Assembly (NCBI RefSeq): GCF_006345805.1
Contig: NC_043006.1
Span: 87,668,001 to 87,732,000, forward strand
DNA length: 64,000 nucleotides
Source of the DNA: Octopus sinensis
Lineage: Eukaryota
Reading direction: 5' to 3'
This document shows, one piece after another, positions 26,549 to 40,505 of this stretch. Made by a program: the position numbers and the translations under genes. Within the stretch, counting starts at the first letter, position 1. Each line of letters starts with the position of its first letter. The notes under the pieces are model-generated. The model was not told the DNA's origin and searched no databases. It saw nothing but the letters and a program-made list of their open reading frames with translations.

Positions 26549-27437
26549 GGTCTGATCAATAAGTATTCGGACTGTTGCCATAATAACGAACCTAAAGCAT
26601 GCTGTGTAAAGCTGCTTGGCACAGATTGACATTGAACTCTGTTGTGTATGTGCACTAAGTTTTCACATTTTAGCTCACTTCCACTCTTTATAGCAGAGCT
26701 TGGAAGGAAGGTGTGTAGTGTGTGATCATCGTATTGACCATGACAGAGAAAATGAGCAAAGAATCTGCATCAGATTTTGCCAAAAGCTTGGCGATACCCG
26801 CTCAGAGGCCTATGAAAATTTTCAAAGAGTTTTCAACATTTTGTACACAATCAAGGAGATCTTGTGCTGCTGAAACCCGAGTATCTTTTTGGTCAGGTGA
26901 AAGCAGTTTTGGCACAAACTTGGCAGACACGTGACTCATACCCAAATCTTCAGTGATAATGGACTGAACTGAACCATAACTAATCTGCACATCCTCTTAT
27001 AACTCACAGATAGTGATTCGATGATTTCCCCACACAGCTGCATGTAAATCTGCGATGTTTTTCTCAGTTCTGCTGGTCATGAGCTTCCCAGAACATTTGT
27101 CAATATCAACATTTTTCAGCCATCTTGGAAACGTCTGAACCACTTGAACACTTGTGCGTGATTCATACACTCCTCTCCATACATTTTCTGCAACTTTGTG
27201 CAGGCCTCTGAGCAGGTACTGCCAAGACAACTTTCTCTGTTTTGGTCAATGCAATGATCACATGTTACACACCTTCCCTCCAAGCACTGCTGTAAACAGC
27301 AGAAGTGGGCTAGAATGTTAAAAACTAGTGTGCATACACAACAGAGTTCAATGCCAATTTGTGCTGAGCAGCTTCACTCTGTATGCTTTAGCTTCGTTAC
27401 TATGGCAACAGTGTGGATACTTATTGATCAGACCTCG
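26546..27437. mobile_element. Mariner derivative built from two inverted left ends
   Basis: TA-flanked, both ends read (C)GAGGTCTGATCAATAAGTAT. Both arms carry the 5' leader and transposase N-terminus. The minus arm continues to ...SAKFVPKLLSPDQK.... Junction near 26800. Confidence 0.8.
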
Positions 27438-27438
27438 T

Positions 27439-27479
<41 letters not shown>

Positions 27480-27737
27480 CATACATATATATATACATAC
27501 ATACACACATATATATGAACCTAGAGAAAAATGAAGTGTCAGATTGAAGTTAATTTGATGATAAAGATGTGATCAGCCTAGGTGGAGGAGAGATAAGATA
27601 GTACATGGGAGTTATAGAAGAAGGAGGGAGGACACAAAGTGAGAGGGAGAAGAAGGAGAATGCAAAGTGAGGAGAGGCAGTAAAGAGGGTTTGACGTTGC
27701 ACAAATACACATACATACACACACACACCCATATGTA

Positions 27738-27785
<48 letters not shown>

Positions 27786-28033
27786 TAAAGGTGGTGACCT
27801 GACAGAATCATTAACATGCCAGGCTAAAATACTAAGTGCAATTTCACCTATCTTTACATTCTGAGTTCAAATTCTGCTGAGGTCAACTTTGTCTTTCATC
27901 CTTCAATGGAGGTTGATGTAATCAACTTACCCAATTCACTCGAAATTGCTGGCCATGTGCCAAAATTTGAAATCAATATATATGTGTGTGTGTGTATATA
28001 TATATATACACACACGTCATTCTTAATACTTCC

Positions 28034-28073
<40 letters not shown>

Positions 28074-30249
28074 TCACCCTCTCAAATCTACTGTCAACCC
28101 CCACGCTGTTCATCACTAAGAACCACAGACTTTCCCCACCCCTATCACTATACTTCTCTCATCCTTTTTTTTCTTTGACAAAAGTAGGCAAGACTTACAA
28201 ATACATACATACAACCTGCACACACACACATGATGGTCTTTCAGTTTCTGTATTCTGAATCTACTCACAAGTCCTAGTTTAGCCTGGACCCATAGCAGGA
28301 GACACCTGCCTAAGGTCCAAGGCTAACCCCAAAATCATATGGATGGAATGGAAACTTAACCACATAGCTATGTCTGCACATTATGTGCATGCGTGTGTGT
28401 GTGTGTGTGTGTGTATGTGTGTGTGTGTGCCTGTTTGTATACATGTGTACATGTGACAAAACGTTCAGCCATGCCTACATTTTCTTAAATCAGGAGAGAT
28501 GAGAAAAGGATAAAAACACAACCACACATTTAGATGAAAATTTAAAAGCCAACTAAAAAAGAAAATAAGTGCATTTAAAATGTTGTCATTATATTGCACT
28601 TGAATATTGGGAAATTTCATTCACATCCCATTAAACTGAGAGGAATCTATTCTCTTAACTATACTTTATCCATCTTCACTTGCCTTTTAAAAAGCTAAAG
28701 ACAAAACGAAAGCTTTAATTTTCTAATTTCACAACACACTGATATTTATTTTTAATGTTGTAGTGCTTTTTGTTTTAGTTTTTAAATGAACTGTCGAAAG
28801 ATTTATCCCTTTAAGGTGTTGCAAGGAACATTTCTTCATTTAATGAGATGCAGCTGTATTGTTCTCTTAAATGTTAGGAAAAAAAAAACAGAAGCCATTT
28901 TGTGTCTCACATTTTCTTTTTTCTGTACCTAAATTCTGTTTGATAATGATTGCTAAATCTTTTTGTATGTTTGCCTCGGCAGAATTTTCAACAAAAATAC
29001 AGAAATAGCTGAAATCATTACAAACATATGAATAAGATTTATAAGAAGTGATTACACAGCAATACATCGCTAGAGCTGCTTGAAATAATTATACAGCATT
29101 GGATCTATTGATATAGAACTTATTGCTGCAGTAATAGAAAATAGTTGTATGTACAGCAACTGAAATAAGAATTTAATCATAGAAACAAAAGATGGAATAT
29201 ACAAAAATTGATGCTGATATCAACATAAGGATTTACCATAGCCTAAGAGTATTATCAAAAACGTAATTGTTATGTGAACAGAAATAATGAATAGGAAGAA
29301 TAGCAAAATAAAAGGTATAGCCAATTCAGGAAAGAGTCCAATTCAAAAGAGTGACATACTGAGTGCTGAATACTATGAAAGAAATAGTACCCCAACATTT
29401 TGAATATCACAGATAAATATTTTCTGAATACAGCATGAATACAGAATAATTCAATTATATTATTACTGTATTTATGTACTTTAAAAGAAATATAAAATCA
29501 TTTTATGGCTAGCATGTTGTCTTTGAGCGACTACTACTGAACTTTGGCCTACCAAATATCCAGTATGGCACTCTAATAGGAGTGGGAAATTATTTACACC
29601 TCAGAGGCATAAATAATGACTGAGTTATCAAATTAGGGATATTGTCTACACAGATACAATGATAGATATAATTTTATGGCAATGTATAAAGCGTGATTCA
29701 GTTATTGAAATAGGATATTGTATTAGTGAGGAGAATAGTATCACAGAAATTATTACAGCATCAATACTTGGCAAATGGAGAGAAATGTTCCTTCAAATCC
29801 ATTTAGTCTGAAGCAACATAGAAAGATATAGGAGAAACATGTGTAAGTTAGAATGATGATGGTGGGGGACATCATAACGATATTATGTAATCCCTGGTCA
29901 GCTTGGAGTGAACAGTCTCATAGTACTCTGGTTAAGCAATCAAGTACAACTCTTGGATGTAGTGTTGTAAATACACCATGACTGCTACCTTGTTAAACAC
30001 AACACTGCACATTATAACATACAGTGGTCAGTGCTGCATAATGACTGTCTCGACGTATTTGACCTTTTATAACAGCCCAGAAAATGTTTGTGCATTTGTG
30101 GATACTAGCAATGGTCACATCAAAGGCAGACACAAAGAGGATTCATTCAAACTGCAAATGGTTACTGTTCCTCCGCATTTATTGGTGGTGGGCGTCTGAG
30201 CAATGTTTAAGACTAAGGCTATTTTCTGTTTTTGGTCTATGAGTGTTGT

Positions 30250-30650
30250 CTGTAATTTCAGTTGTTCTGTAGTTTCTTTGTGGTTTATTGTCAAGATTTA
30301 AGGGAAGTTGGAGTTTGGTATAATCAGTCCAGGATTTTATGTATTGTTTGCACACAATTTGTTGCTAAATGTGATGATCATAATGCTCTAAATATATTTG
30401 TGCATTTTTTTGCTTTCTTTTCCATTACTTCTATGTGTTGAGAGCGTGCAGAAGTTTTGCAAGTGAGCCCTAGTGTTTTTGTCATGTGTTGTAATATTGG
30501 TGTCACTGAAATATTGTATTTCATGATATCCTGTTATGTTAAGGAGAAATATTTTAAATCTTATTCCTGAAAGATAGAATTGAGCTGGAATTTGCATATG
30601 ATTTACATTTGTGGTTGTGTGAATGCAAGGGAAGATCAAGTAGTTACAAA
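30250..30650 (-). mobile_element. Degenerate LINE RT C-terminal fragment
   Basis: Minus frame TLGLTCKTSARSQHIEVMEKKAKKCTNIFRAL resembles the post-YLG region (LG....W..HI..+..KA....N.L) of LINE RTs. Confidence 0.45.
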
Positions 30651-31619
30651 CTCAAAAGAGTTGGTAAATTAAAAATAGGTAAGTAATAATCATTTTGCTT
30701 TGTTTCATAAGATATTTAGTATTTGGTGTATGACAATGAAGTGAGAAATGGAATCAAAAGAAAGACAGGTGACAATAGCAGTTAGAATGATGGATTTGTT
30801 TTTTAGTGTTTTATATATATCTCCAAATAACAGACAGAGAAGAACATACCACCATCATGTTCTTAATGATGAAATTAACCTCTCTGCCTATATATCTACC
30901 CTCTTTGTAATGTTGGCAAATGAAATAAGTATAAGAATGTGCATTGTCCATTTAATTGAAAAATTCTATATGTGGCTGAAGATTGCTTGACATTTTAAAA
31001 CTGATGTAATACTTATAGTGTTTGATAAAATGAAGTAGCATGAAACAATTGTACTACACTACCTTGGATATCCTTGTTGCTGATTTTGATTATAATCACC
31101 CCATTTGATTTATATGGATAATACCATACAAAATTCTGGTGCCTTTAACTTAAGTACCATATTCATCTGAATCTAAATTTTGCTGAACTTATATATATAC
31201 GCTTCAAAGCATATACAATGCATTGAAGCCATTATATATATTTTGTGTAAGGTTTATGAATAATGCTTTTAGTCCACGCCATGTGTAGTGATCTGAGAGT
31301 ATTCATAAAACAGTAATAACTATTGTTGTTTAATTTCAGATAATTTTGAGCAAACCTGTGATGAAAAGTAGTCTAGCCATGACCATCACATCTTAGGACT
31401 ACACTGCTCCTTAACTTCATTTTCATTTTTAAAAAAATAAGATATTTGAGGAAGATTTTACTTATATTTTGATAGGTAGGTTAACTATGTAGAAACTTTC
31501 TGATTAGTTGTTGCAGTTGTACAGAGAGCAGAGTAATTATTCAAGTCATTGCTGCTTTAGGTGTATGTTTATATTATACTGAGCAATTTAACTTTTGTGA
31601 ATTTCTTATTTCTCTTCAG

Positions 31620-31652
31620 GTGCTTGAAGTAAGAAATGGACATTGTGAAAAG
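31620..31652 (+). CDS. Candidate 33-nt exon (VLEVRNGHCEK, or UTR plus MDIVK), product unknown
   Basis: Acceptor TTCTTATTTCTCTTCAG, donor AAG|GTAAAC, length divisible by 3. Confidence 0.3.
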
Positions 31653-31974
31653 GTAAACAATTACTAACATTCAAAAATAATAAAGAAAATTAGCACCTCC
31701 ATTCATCTCCACTGAAAAGGTTTAACAATTAAGGAATATGACTACCTAATGAATTTTGAATGTAAATCAAGTAATTTTACAGCATCTCCAAATCCGTAAG
31801 AGCAACAAAAACATAGAATGCCAGTAATACATCTGAGTAATCTTTAAAACTAATTGCAGTGAAATACAGCAACTTTATAGAACAGACATGATGCTGAAAC
31901 TTCACCCTCATAGAACACACTCAAAATCAACTACCCATCCTCTTTGTGTGTGTTTGTGTTTTGTTCAAATTTGC

Positions 31975-32490
31975 AGAAAACAAAGGAGAAAACAAGGGAA
32001 AGAACAACAAGCAGGTGTATTAGTTTGACACTTGGGAAGAATGGGAAAGTCTTTGACATTTCAAGCCTATGCTCATAGATAGAAAGGACAGAGGACAAAA
32101 AAAAAGGTGGAGAGAGAATGAAAAAAAAGTTGAGAGAAAAAGTGTGTATGGATTAATGGTTCAACATGATGTAATGTCCGCACATACATACACATGCACT
32201 CGCCCCTGCACAAACTCAGACACCATTCTCACATACACACACATACATGCTACACCCCAGTTCAGCTAGGACACTGTTATCTCTCCTTCACTTGACCTCT
32301 TTCTTCAAGTCATTTCACCATGTTAAACCGTTAATCCTGACACAATTTTTCTCGCTCTGTTTATTTCCTCTCATCCTTTCTTTCAAAGAGTGTAGGCTCT
32401 AAATGTCAAAGACTTTTCCATTCTTCCCAAGCATCAAACTAATACACCTGCTTCTTGTTCCCTCACCTGTCTTTGTCTTTTCTTTTCTGC
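31975..32490. mobile_element. Degenerate PLE-type fold-back with decayed HHRs in both arms
   Basis: ~31975-32090 is the reverse complement of ~32375-32490. Both arms have GAG(C/T)-RTAG-GCT(C/T)-(G/T)AAATGTC-AAAG. Confidence 0.6.
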
Positions 32491-32501
32491 ACATCTGAAC
32501 C

Positions 32502-32540
<39 letters not shown>

Positions 32541-34935
32541 CAAAAGAGAAAGAGACAGTATTTTGCAGCATAATCTGCTGCAATAGTTGCAAAATATTTC
32601 CTGATCGAACAAGAACTAGAGGCAGATTTAAATGAACAATTTTATATCCAAATTTAATCAGTAAAATTATTAAAAATTACTAGGAAATCTTTAGGGGAAA
32701 AATTTTTGAAACAAACAGTATTGCACACTTTATATATTTATTTAACTGTATTAAATTATCTAAATTAAAATAAGAAATTAATTAGGAATGTTTAAAATAT
32801 ATTCAATAGAGCAAATGTTTATGAAAATTTTCTTTTGAAAATATTAATAATCACCAGAAGCCTCTTAAAATCAATAAAGTGTATCTAAAATGTTGTAGAA
32901 TATTCCAAGTGTCAGCTACCATTCTGATTATCTAACATATTCAATCATTAAAAAATTATATGCCACTGTTTGTTGCCACTTTTTACATTGATTTGGTAGT
33001 TTGAATATTTCCTTGTAAGTTCTGTTTGGTGAGTCCAAAATTGTTCAAGTAGGTGGAGTCAGTTTTCCAGTGTTATCTTGTATAATATGTATGTGAAACT
33101 TAATCAGTTACACAAACAATAGAACGCAATATGTGTTCACACATATACTTCCTTATATATGATGGTGGCTATAAAAGTGGTACAAGACATATACCATATT
33201 TCTGAGTCAAAGTTTTCAGACTAAAATTTACAGTTAAAACAGGTATGTTGACTTACACATCATGATGACTTTGGAGGACCAAAAATTCCAAGTGAAATAC
33301 AGCAGAATTTGAAAAGATAGTGATGATATTTGAGTATTTACACTATAAGCTATGTCAGTTTGAATGCCAGAAAATACAGTACTCAAAATATTAGCAGAGA
33401 ATAAGCATCTTTTTGTTTCCAATACATGTTAATGTTTCTTATAATACTGGATCAAATATGTTTTCTTGTTGTGTAATAATTATAGAGGAACCCTTCTGAT
33501 TTAACCATAATTTTGTAATCTCATTTCAGGCTCTACTAATTAGCCATATTAAATGCAAGTGACATTTCTACAATCATTGCCTATAAAACAGCTTAAGAAA
33601 TAGCCAAGAATGATGACTTTCACCCCGCTGAAGTTTTCTAAAACATTAAGGATAAGAAACCAATCTCAAAAGGATTCAGAGTAGCCTACAGAGATTACTG
33701 CCAATTTAAAAAAACCTAACTACTACTTTGCAGTCATTTGATAGAATACACAAACCATTACTACAAATAAAGGCACAGGATAAAATTTCAGCAATTGCAA
33801 TTTGCAAATTTCTCAATTTCCAATATGCAACACGAGAGGAATTACATTTGCTACAAAGTCCAAGCAAGATCTAATTCTGACTGAAGGTCACAAACCTATG
33901 TAACAAGGTATCACAAATTGAAATGATCCAATACAAGACTGGTTCTTGTCATAGTATGACTGAAAGCCAAAGTTAACTTTGATGGGGAGAAACTACATTC
34001 AAGATATTTAGCATAACACTAATATTTTTAGTCATAAAAAAAAAAAATCGAACCACTGACCATAGGATATTATGTTTGTTCTAATATATATACTAGATTG
34101 CAAATAATAAAATTCTGTATCAAAATTTCATTATATATTTGTTCATTTGATTTCATGTTCATTTTACCCCCCCCCACACACACACACACTCAAACAATCA
34201 GCTTTGTTGTGCAAATAAACACTATGGTTTAATGACAATGCCTTCCCAGAAGATCAAGCTAAAGAATTATTGCAGCCAGAGAAAACTAGTCAAGTTGTTC
34301 ATCTGCAGAAAGAACCCCAAGATTTAATCATATAATCTATGCAAACAGTGGAGCTAAATGTATGAGTATTAAATTCACACACAAACTTTTTCACTACACA
34401 CACACACACCTATATATATTCCAAATATGTGTACATTTCATATACAAACATACAGTTAATAAATTGCTCATAGACATACACATATTTAACAACTACATAA
34501 AGTATGAATATGCAAAATGATAGAAGAGCTTACTGGTTCAGTGAAATAAGTTCAAACAGTTCACACACACACATACACACACGCACACACACACATGCAC
34601 ACACAGACTGTTTGTTAAACTTTGCTTCAAGCATAAAGGCTCAAGTGGGCTAATCCTATCCAGAATTCAAAGACCTTTAGGCAACAGAGTATACAGGACC
34701 ATCCTCTGAATGGGATACTAGTTTGTCACAGAGTTGCTTACAAGTACCCACTGGTACTAATTTTCACTTGAGAGGACTTAGACAACATGAAAATGTGCCA
34801 TGTTCAAGGATACAATGTGCTTCCTAAGCTGAGAATTGAACCCAAAATCTAATGAACATGAGCTCCAAACTGTAGTCACTAAGCCACATACCTGCACCAA
34901 GCACACACACACACATAAGATTTGTTTTTTCTAGC

Positions 34936-35440
34936 CCTGAGCTGCATAAACTAATAAGGAGAGTACAGGAGGCGGTTGAAAAAGCCAACTTCTATATATA
35001 GCTGAAGCGGGAAGACCGAAAATGGCTTGAAAGTCATAAACATGCCAACGGGAAATAACATTATTAGGTGAGACAAGCTGACTGAATCAGCTTCGCTGGC
35101 TGACAGGTGACGGTCATTTAGAAAAAGCGTGGGCTAAAACTACACGCCTTCACTAGTCAGTTAAGGTGAGACAGTGTCACGTGACAACTTGCTGGGGCTG
35201 CTTGCTGGAGCCTAGCAGCGGGTATTTAACGGGAAAAATTTGACAAGTCAGTCAGTCACCGACTGACACTCACTGATGATACATCAAAGAGGCCAGGGAA
35301 CAGAAGAAAGAAGACATGCACCCAACACCAGAGCTGAAGACACCTCCAAAAGGGGGCACCCGCCACGTCAAAACGGTAGAGGTGTAGGGGCCGAAACCGG
35401 ACGTGGTTCCTCCTGATGATGTCTAGAGCTAACTGGATCC
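34936..35440 (+). mobile_element. 5'-truncated HERO/NeSL-like (RLE) non-LTR retrotransposon 3' end
   Basis: PELHKLIRRVQEAVEKANFYI*LKREDRKW resembles the HERO-type C-terminus (EAEKASFWLWLRR.D..W, from recall). A GC-rich 3' UTR ends ...CCGAAAC...CTGATGATGTC. Confidence 0.55.
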
Positions 35441-35781
35441 TATAAAGGAGCTGTTGTGGTAGCAGACCATGAAACACGGTTGTAATTCCTACACATGTAC
35501 ATATAAGTCTTGTGATGGCAGTGTTTTACAATTTGACAGTTGATTGTAAATTGCTGTTAATACAGCATCAGTCAGAATTGTTATTTATGTCTTTCAAAAG
35601 TCATCATACCAAAGGGTAAACGTAAAAATCAATCTTCAATCAAGAATGTAGCTGGAGAAATGTAATTATTTTTCATATATTTAGTCCACTTTGTTTATGT
35701 TTCTACCATTCCATTGTTCTCCATTGATATAATAAACAACAAACATGTTTTAAAATAATCATTGTGTGTGTGCTCGTGTGT

Positions 35782-35841
<60 letters not shown>

Positions 35842-36026
35842 TAAAGATTTATGGACCAAAAAGAACCAAAAGTAATCAACAAACTGCAGAAGCCAAGCAA
35901 GCAAACACCCCAAAGTCAATATCACCTTTTTTTTTGTAAAAGTTAATAAATAAGTACTCTATTAAAAAGTGAGTAATCCTTCAGTTTAATGTTAAATCTT
36001 TTTATAAATATTGACATAAAACAAAC

Positions 36027-36072
<46 letters not shown>

Positions 36073-38410
36073 TAAATAAATCATTTCTTTCAAAATAATA
36101 ATAACATTTCACTACTTCAAATTGGAAATAAGTGACAAATTGTATTAAAATTAAAATACAAACATGAGACAAACATTTTTGAAATCCAACTAATTACATA
36201 TATCTCTGAGGGACATTGAATATCCAGCATTTAAGAAAACATAGTTATCTATACTTTACCCCATATACAATCCAACCAACCAGAGATTTTGGAAGCCCAG
36301 CATCAAATATTGTTTTACATCTTAGTAACTTGGAATATTTTATCTAGAAAGTTACCTACAGCAAGTAATAGCTACTAGAGAATTTAGAATAGTACATACC
36401 TGAGACACACGGTTGACAGCCAGACAAAACAGCAGCATTTATGAAAAGAAAAAAGATAAGAAAAATTATAAGAACATCAACAATTATATTGCAGTAATAA
36501 TATTTACAACAACACATTATTTTTCTTTGGTATTTCCCATTGAGGAAGGCTAAAAAGCTAGAAACATGCATCTGGAAATCTGCTAGAAGGAAGCACTAGG
36601 TAGTTATGGCATTTTACACTTTATACCTTAAGAAAGAATTTTTTCGCCGAGGTGTAGCTGCAGTGAGTTTGCCTTTGGAAGTTAAAATGCATCAGAAACA
36701 TGTTCTAACTACCCTAAAGTTCATTTATTCCTCATCACTGCTTGGCATTGAAGCTGCTATATCAAAAATAAGGTAGTGGGCTGGCAGAATCGTTAGCATG
36801 TTGGGCAAAATGCTTAGTAGCATTTCTTCAGTCTGAGTTCAAATACCACTGAGGTCAACCTTGCTTGTCATCCCCTTGGGGGTCAATAATATAAGAGCTG
36901 CACACTGGGGATGATGTAATCAACTTACCCCCTCTCTCAAAATTACTGGCCTAATGCCAAAATTTGAAACTGATATTTACAACAAAAACCAGAAATATTT
37001 AATTATTACTTCCCCTCTCAAAAGCCTATTCCTGGTGTTTCTGCTTTCATTGCTTCTTCAAGTCTCTTTCTTGATCTACATAACTTAAGTTACTGAGTAC
37101 TGTGGTTTTGATGTCACAAGAAAATGCATACCATACAGTAAAGCAGTTAGCAATAAAAAGGGCACCAAACTGTAGAAACCAAACCAAATGATATGTACGA
37201 AAGCCAGTTATTATGTTTCCAATAAGAAATTATTTGGACTACGATGACCTGTCTAACCCTATGCCAGCATGGAAAGCAAATGTAAAATGACAATGATAAC
37301 GATGAATTAAATCAGCTACCAGTATATCATTGATAATTATTTATAATGAACTCAAAATCATGAAATATTGACCCCAGCATTGACAGGTTCTGAGCTTACT
37401 ATGTTAAAGAAACATAACTAGTTATTATGAGGCACAAGCATGGCTGTGTGGTAAAAAGTTTGCTTTCCATCCTTATGGTTCCAGGTTCAGTTCCACTGCA
37501 TAGCACCTTGCTATCTTTTGCAAAAGCCTGGGGCTGACCAAAGCCTTGTGAGTGGATTTGGTAGATGGAAACTAAAAGAAGCCTTCCATGTGAGTGTGTG
37601 TGTGTGTGTTTTCCTCCATCACTGTTTGACAACGACGTTGATGTGTTTATGTCTCCGTAACTTAGCAGCCTGGTAAAAGAGACTGATAGAATTAATATCA
37701 GGTTTGAATAATGAAAAAGAAATAAATATTGGGATTGATTTGTTCGACTAAAATTCTTCAAGGTGGTACCTTAGCATGGCCCCAGTCTAATTAATGAGTG
37801 AAGTAAGTAAATGATAAAAGAAGAAATTTATTTTGTGACACTACCATTTTTACTACATTTTATAGTAACAGTGACAATAACAACAGCATCATTAAGAATA
37901 TATGAACAGGGCAACAATTTTGTGAGCAGGAGTCAGCAGATCGAATTGATCTCAGTATTTGATTGGTATTTGATTTTGTTGGACCTCAAATGATAAAAGA
38001 AAAAGTTGAACATAGAAGGATTTAAACTCATAACATAAGCTGTAACTAAATATTGCATGGCATTTTGTCCTCTGCTTTCTTTCTTTTATAATTAGTAAGG
38101 ATTTCAAATTTTGACACAACGCCAGTAATTTTGGGGAAGGGGATAACTCAGTGTTCAATTGGTGCTTATTTTATCGAACCCAAAAGGATAAATGGCAAAG
38201 TTAACCCCAGCGGCATTTGAACTCAGAATGTAAATATGTACAAAACATTGCTAAGCATTTTATCCGGCATGCAAATGACTCTGCAAGCTCACCACCTTAT
38301 ATGAAACTATGATAATAATAAGGAGAGTTTATGAAAGAAACAAAAGACGAAGACAGGTGGTGTGCAAAACAAACAGATGTATTAGTATAACGCTCAGGAA
38401 CAGAAAAAGT

Positions 38411-38446
38411 CTTTTACGTTTTGAGCCTACGCTCTTCTACAGAAAG
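38411..38446 (-). ncRNA. Minimal type I hammerhead-like motif, decayed or variant
   Basis: Minus strand: CTTT-CTGTAGA-A-GAGC-GTAG-GCTC-AAAACGT-A-AAAG. All three stems are intact, with A6U and G12A core changes. Confidence 0.5.
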
Positions 38447-38965
38447 GGACACAGAAAAAACAAGGAGAGAGAAAAAAAATGTGTGTAGTGGCTAATGATT
38501 TATCATGACAACTGATATAAAAATAATAATAATCCTTTCTACTATAGGCACAAGGCTTTGATTTTTGTGGGGAGGAGGACAATTGATCCCACTGACCCCA
38601 GTACTTGGCTGGTACTTAATTTATCAACCCCGAATGGATGAAAGGCAAAGTCGACCTCGGTGGAATTTGAACTCAGAACATAGCAACAGACAAAATACTG
38701 CTAAGCATTTTGCCCAGCATGCTCACCACCTTAAAAATAATAATGATGATGATAATGATTTCAAATTTTGGGATGAGGCCAGCAAATTCAGGTGAGGGGC
38801 TAATTTGATTACACCAACTTTAATTTTCAGCTACTACTTGGTTTATCGATGGCAAGAGGATGAAAGGCAAAGTCAACCTTGGCAAAATTCAAAATGTAAA
38901 GATGGACAAAATGCTACTAAGCATTTTGCCAAGTGTATTAATGATTTTGTCAGTTCACCACCTTA

Positions 38966-39105
38966 AAGAAGAAGAAGAAGAAGAAGAAGAAGAAGAAGAA
39001 GAAGAAGAAGAAGAAGAAGAAGAAGAAGAAGAAGAAGAAGAAGAAGAAGAAGAAGAAAAAGAAGAAGAAGAAGAAGAAGAAGAAGAAGAAAAAGAAGAAG
39101 AAGAA
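38966..39105 (+). repeat. (GAA)n microsatellite
   Basis: About 45 units with two AAA interruptions. Confidence 0.95.
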
Positions 39106-39985
39106 TTATAATAATGATCCTTTCTACTAAAGGTACAAGGTCTGAAATTTGGTGGAAGAGGACTGGTCCATTACATCGACCCCAATGTTTCACTGGCACT
39201 TAATTTATTGACCCTGAAAGGATGAAAGGCAAAGTCAACTTAAGTGGAATTTGAACTCAGAATGTAAAGACAGACAAAATGCTTAGTGGCATTTTGTCTA
39301 GTGTGCTAATGATTCTGCCAGCCTGTTGCTTCATATATAATAATAATAATCCTTTCAATTGAAGGTACAAGGCCTGAAATTTTATAGGGAAGAGAGTAGT
39401 CAATTATATCAATCCCAGTGTTTCACTGGTACTTAACTTATCAACCCCAAAAAGATCAAAGGCAAGGTAAAAATTTGAACCCACAACATAGTGATGAGCA
39501 AATAAAAATAATAACAGTAATAATAATAATAATCCTTTCTACTATAGACACAAGGCCTGAAATTATTGGTGAGAGGGGCTAGTTGACCACATCAACCCCA
39601 GTGCATAACTGGTACTTATTTCAATGGTCCCAAAAGGAGGAAAGGCAAAGTCAACCTTGGGTGGAATTTGAACTCAGAACATAAGGATGGATGAAATGCA
39701 GTTACGCATTTTGCCCAGCATGATAACAGTTCTGCCAGCTCAATGCTTTAATAATAATAATAATAATAATGGTTTTAAATTTTGCCACAAGGACAGCAAT
39801 TTTGAGATAGTTGATAAGTCGATTACATTGACCCCAGTATTTCACTAATACTTAATTTATCGATCTTGAAAGGATGAGAGACAAAATTGACTTCAGCAGA
39901 ATTTGAACAGAGAACATAGTAACAGGCGAAATACCACTAAGCATTTCGTCCAGTGCACTAACAATTCTGTCAGCTCATCACCTTG

Positions 39986-40016
<31 letters not shown>

Positions 40017-40045
40017 GAAGAAGAAGAAGAAGAAGAAGAAGGAGA

Positions 40046-40505
40046 ATACTGGGATATGCCAATACACACAGATAGAGAAATTAAGGCCAACAGACCAGAT
40101 ATAGTTGTCAGAGATCATGAAGAAAAAAAATGCTTTCTAATTGATGTATCAATACCAGCAGATGACAACGTGTCTCTAAAAGAAATGGAGAAACTTTCAA
40201 AATACAAAGACCTGGAAATAGAGGTAATCAGAATGTGGAATCTAAAAACAGAAACAATTCCTATCGTAATAGGTGCATTAGGCATGATAAAAAAAATATT
40301 CAGACAAATACATAACAAAAACACCAGGACTTACAAACACATATAACACAGAAAATTGCACTACTAGGCACTGCCCACATCCTACGCAGAACCCTTACCA
40401 TACAGTAACCATTAGAGCATCACAACAAATCACAGCACATACCCAAGGCACACAGAGCTGCGCTCGGTAGTGAAGTGAAAGCACGCTATAAAAAATATAC
40501 TACTG
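40046..40505 (+). mobile_element. 5'-truncated R4/Dong-like non-LTR retrotransposon (RLE endonuclease plus 3' UTR)
   Basis: WDMPIHTDREIKANRPDIVVRDHEEKKCFLIDVSIP...KLSKYKDL...PIVIGALG and ...QKIALLGTAHILRRTL* give the PD..D..K.KY restriction-like endonuclease motif. Followed by (AAT)n. Confidence 0.85.

Noticed and set aside
35175-35186. CLEAR/E-box palindrome TGTCACGTGACA as a host promoter element
   Set aside because: It lies within a retrotransposon 3' UTR and there is no supported TSS or gene start nearby.
38860-39199. Poly-Glu / poly-Leu ORFs
   Set aside because: These are translations of a (GAA)n microsatellite between SINEs.
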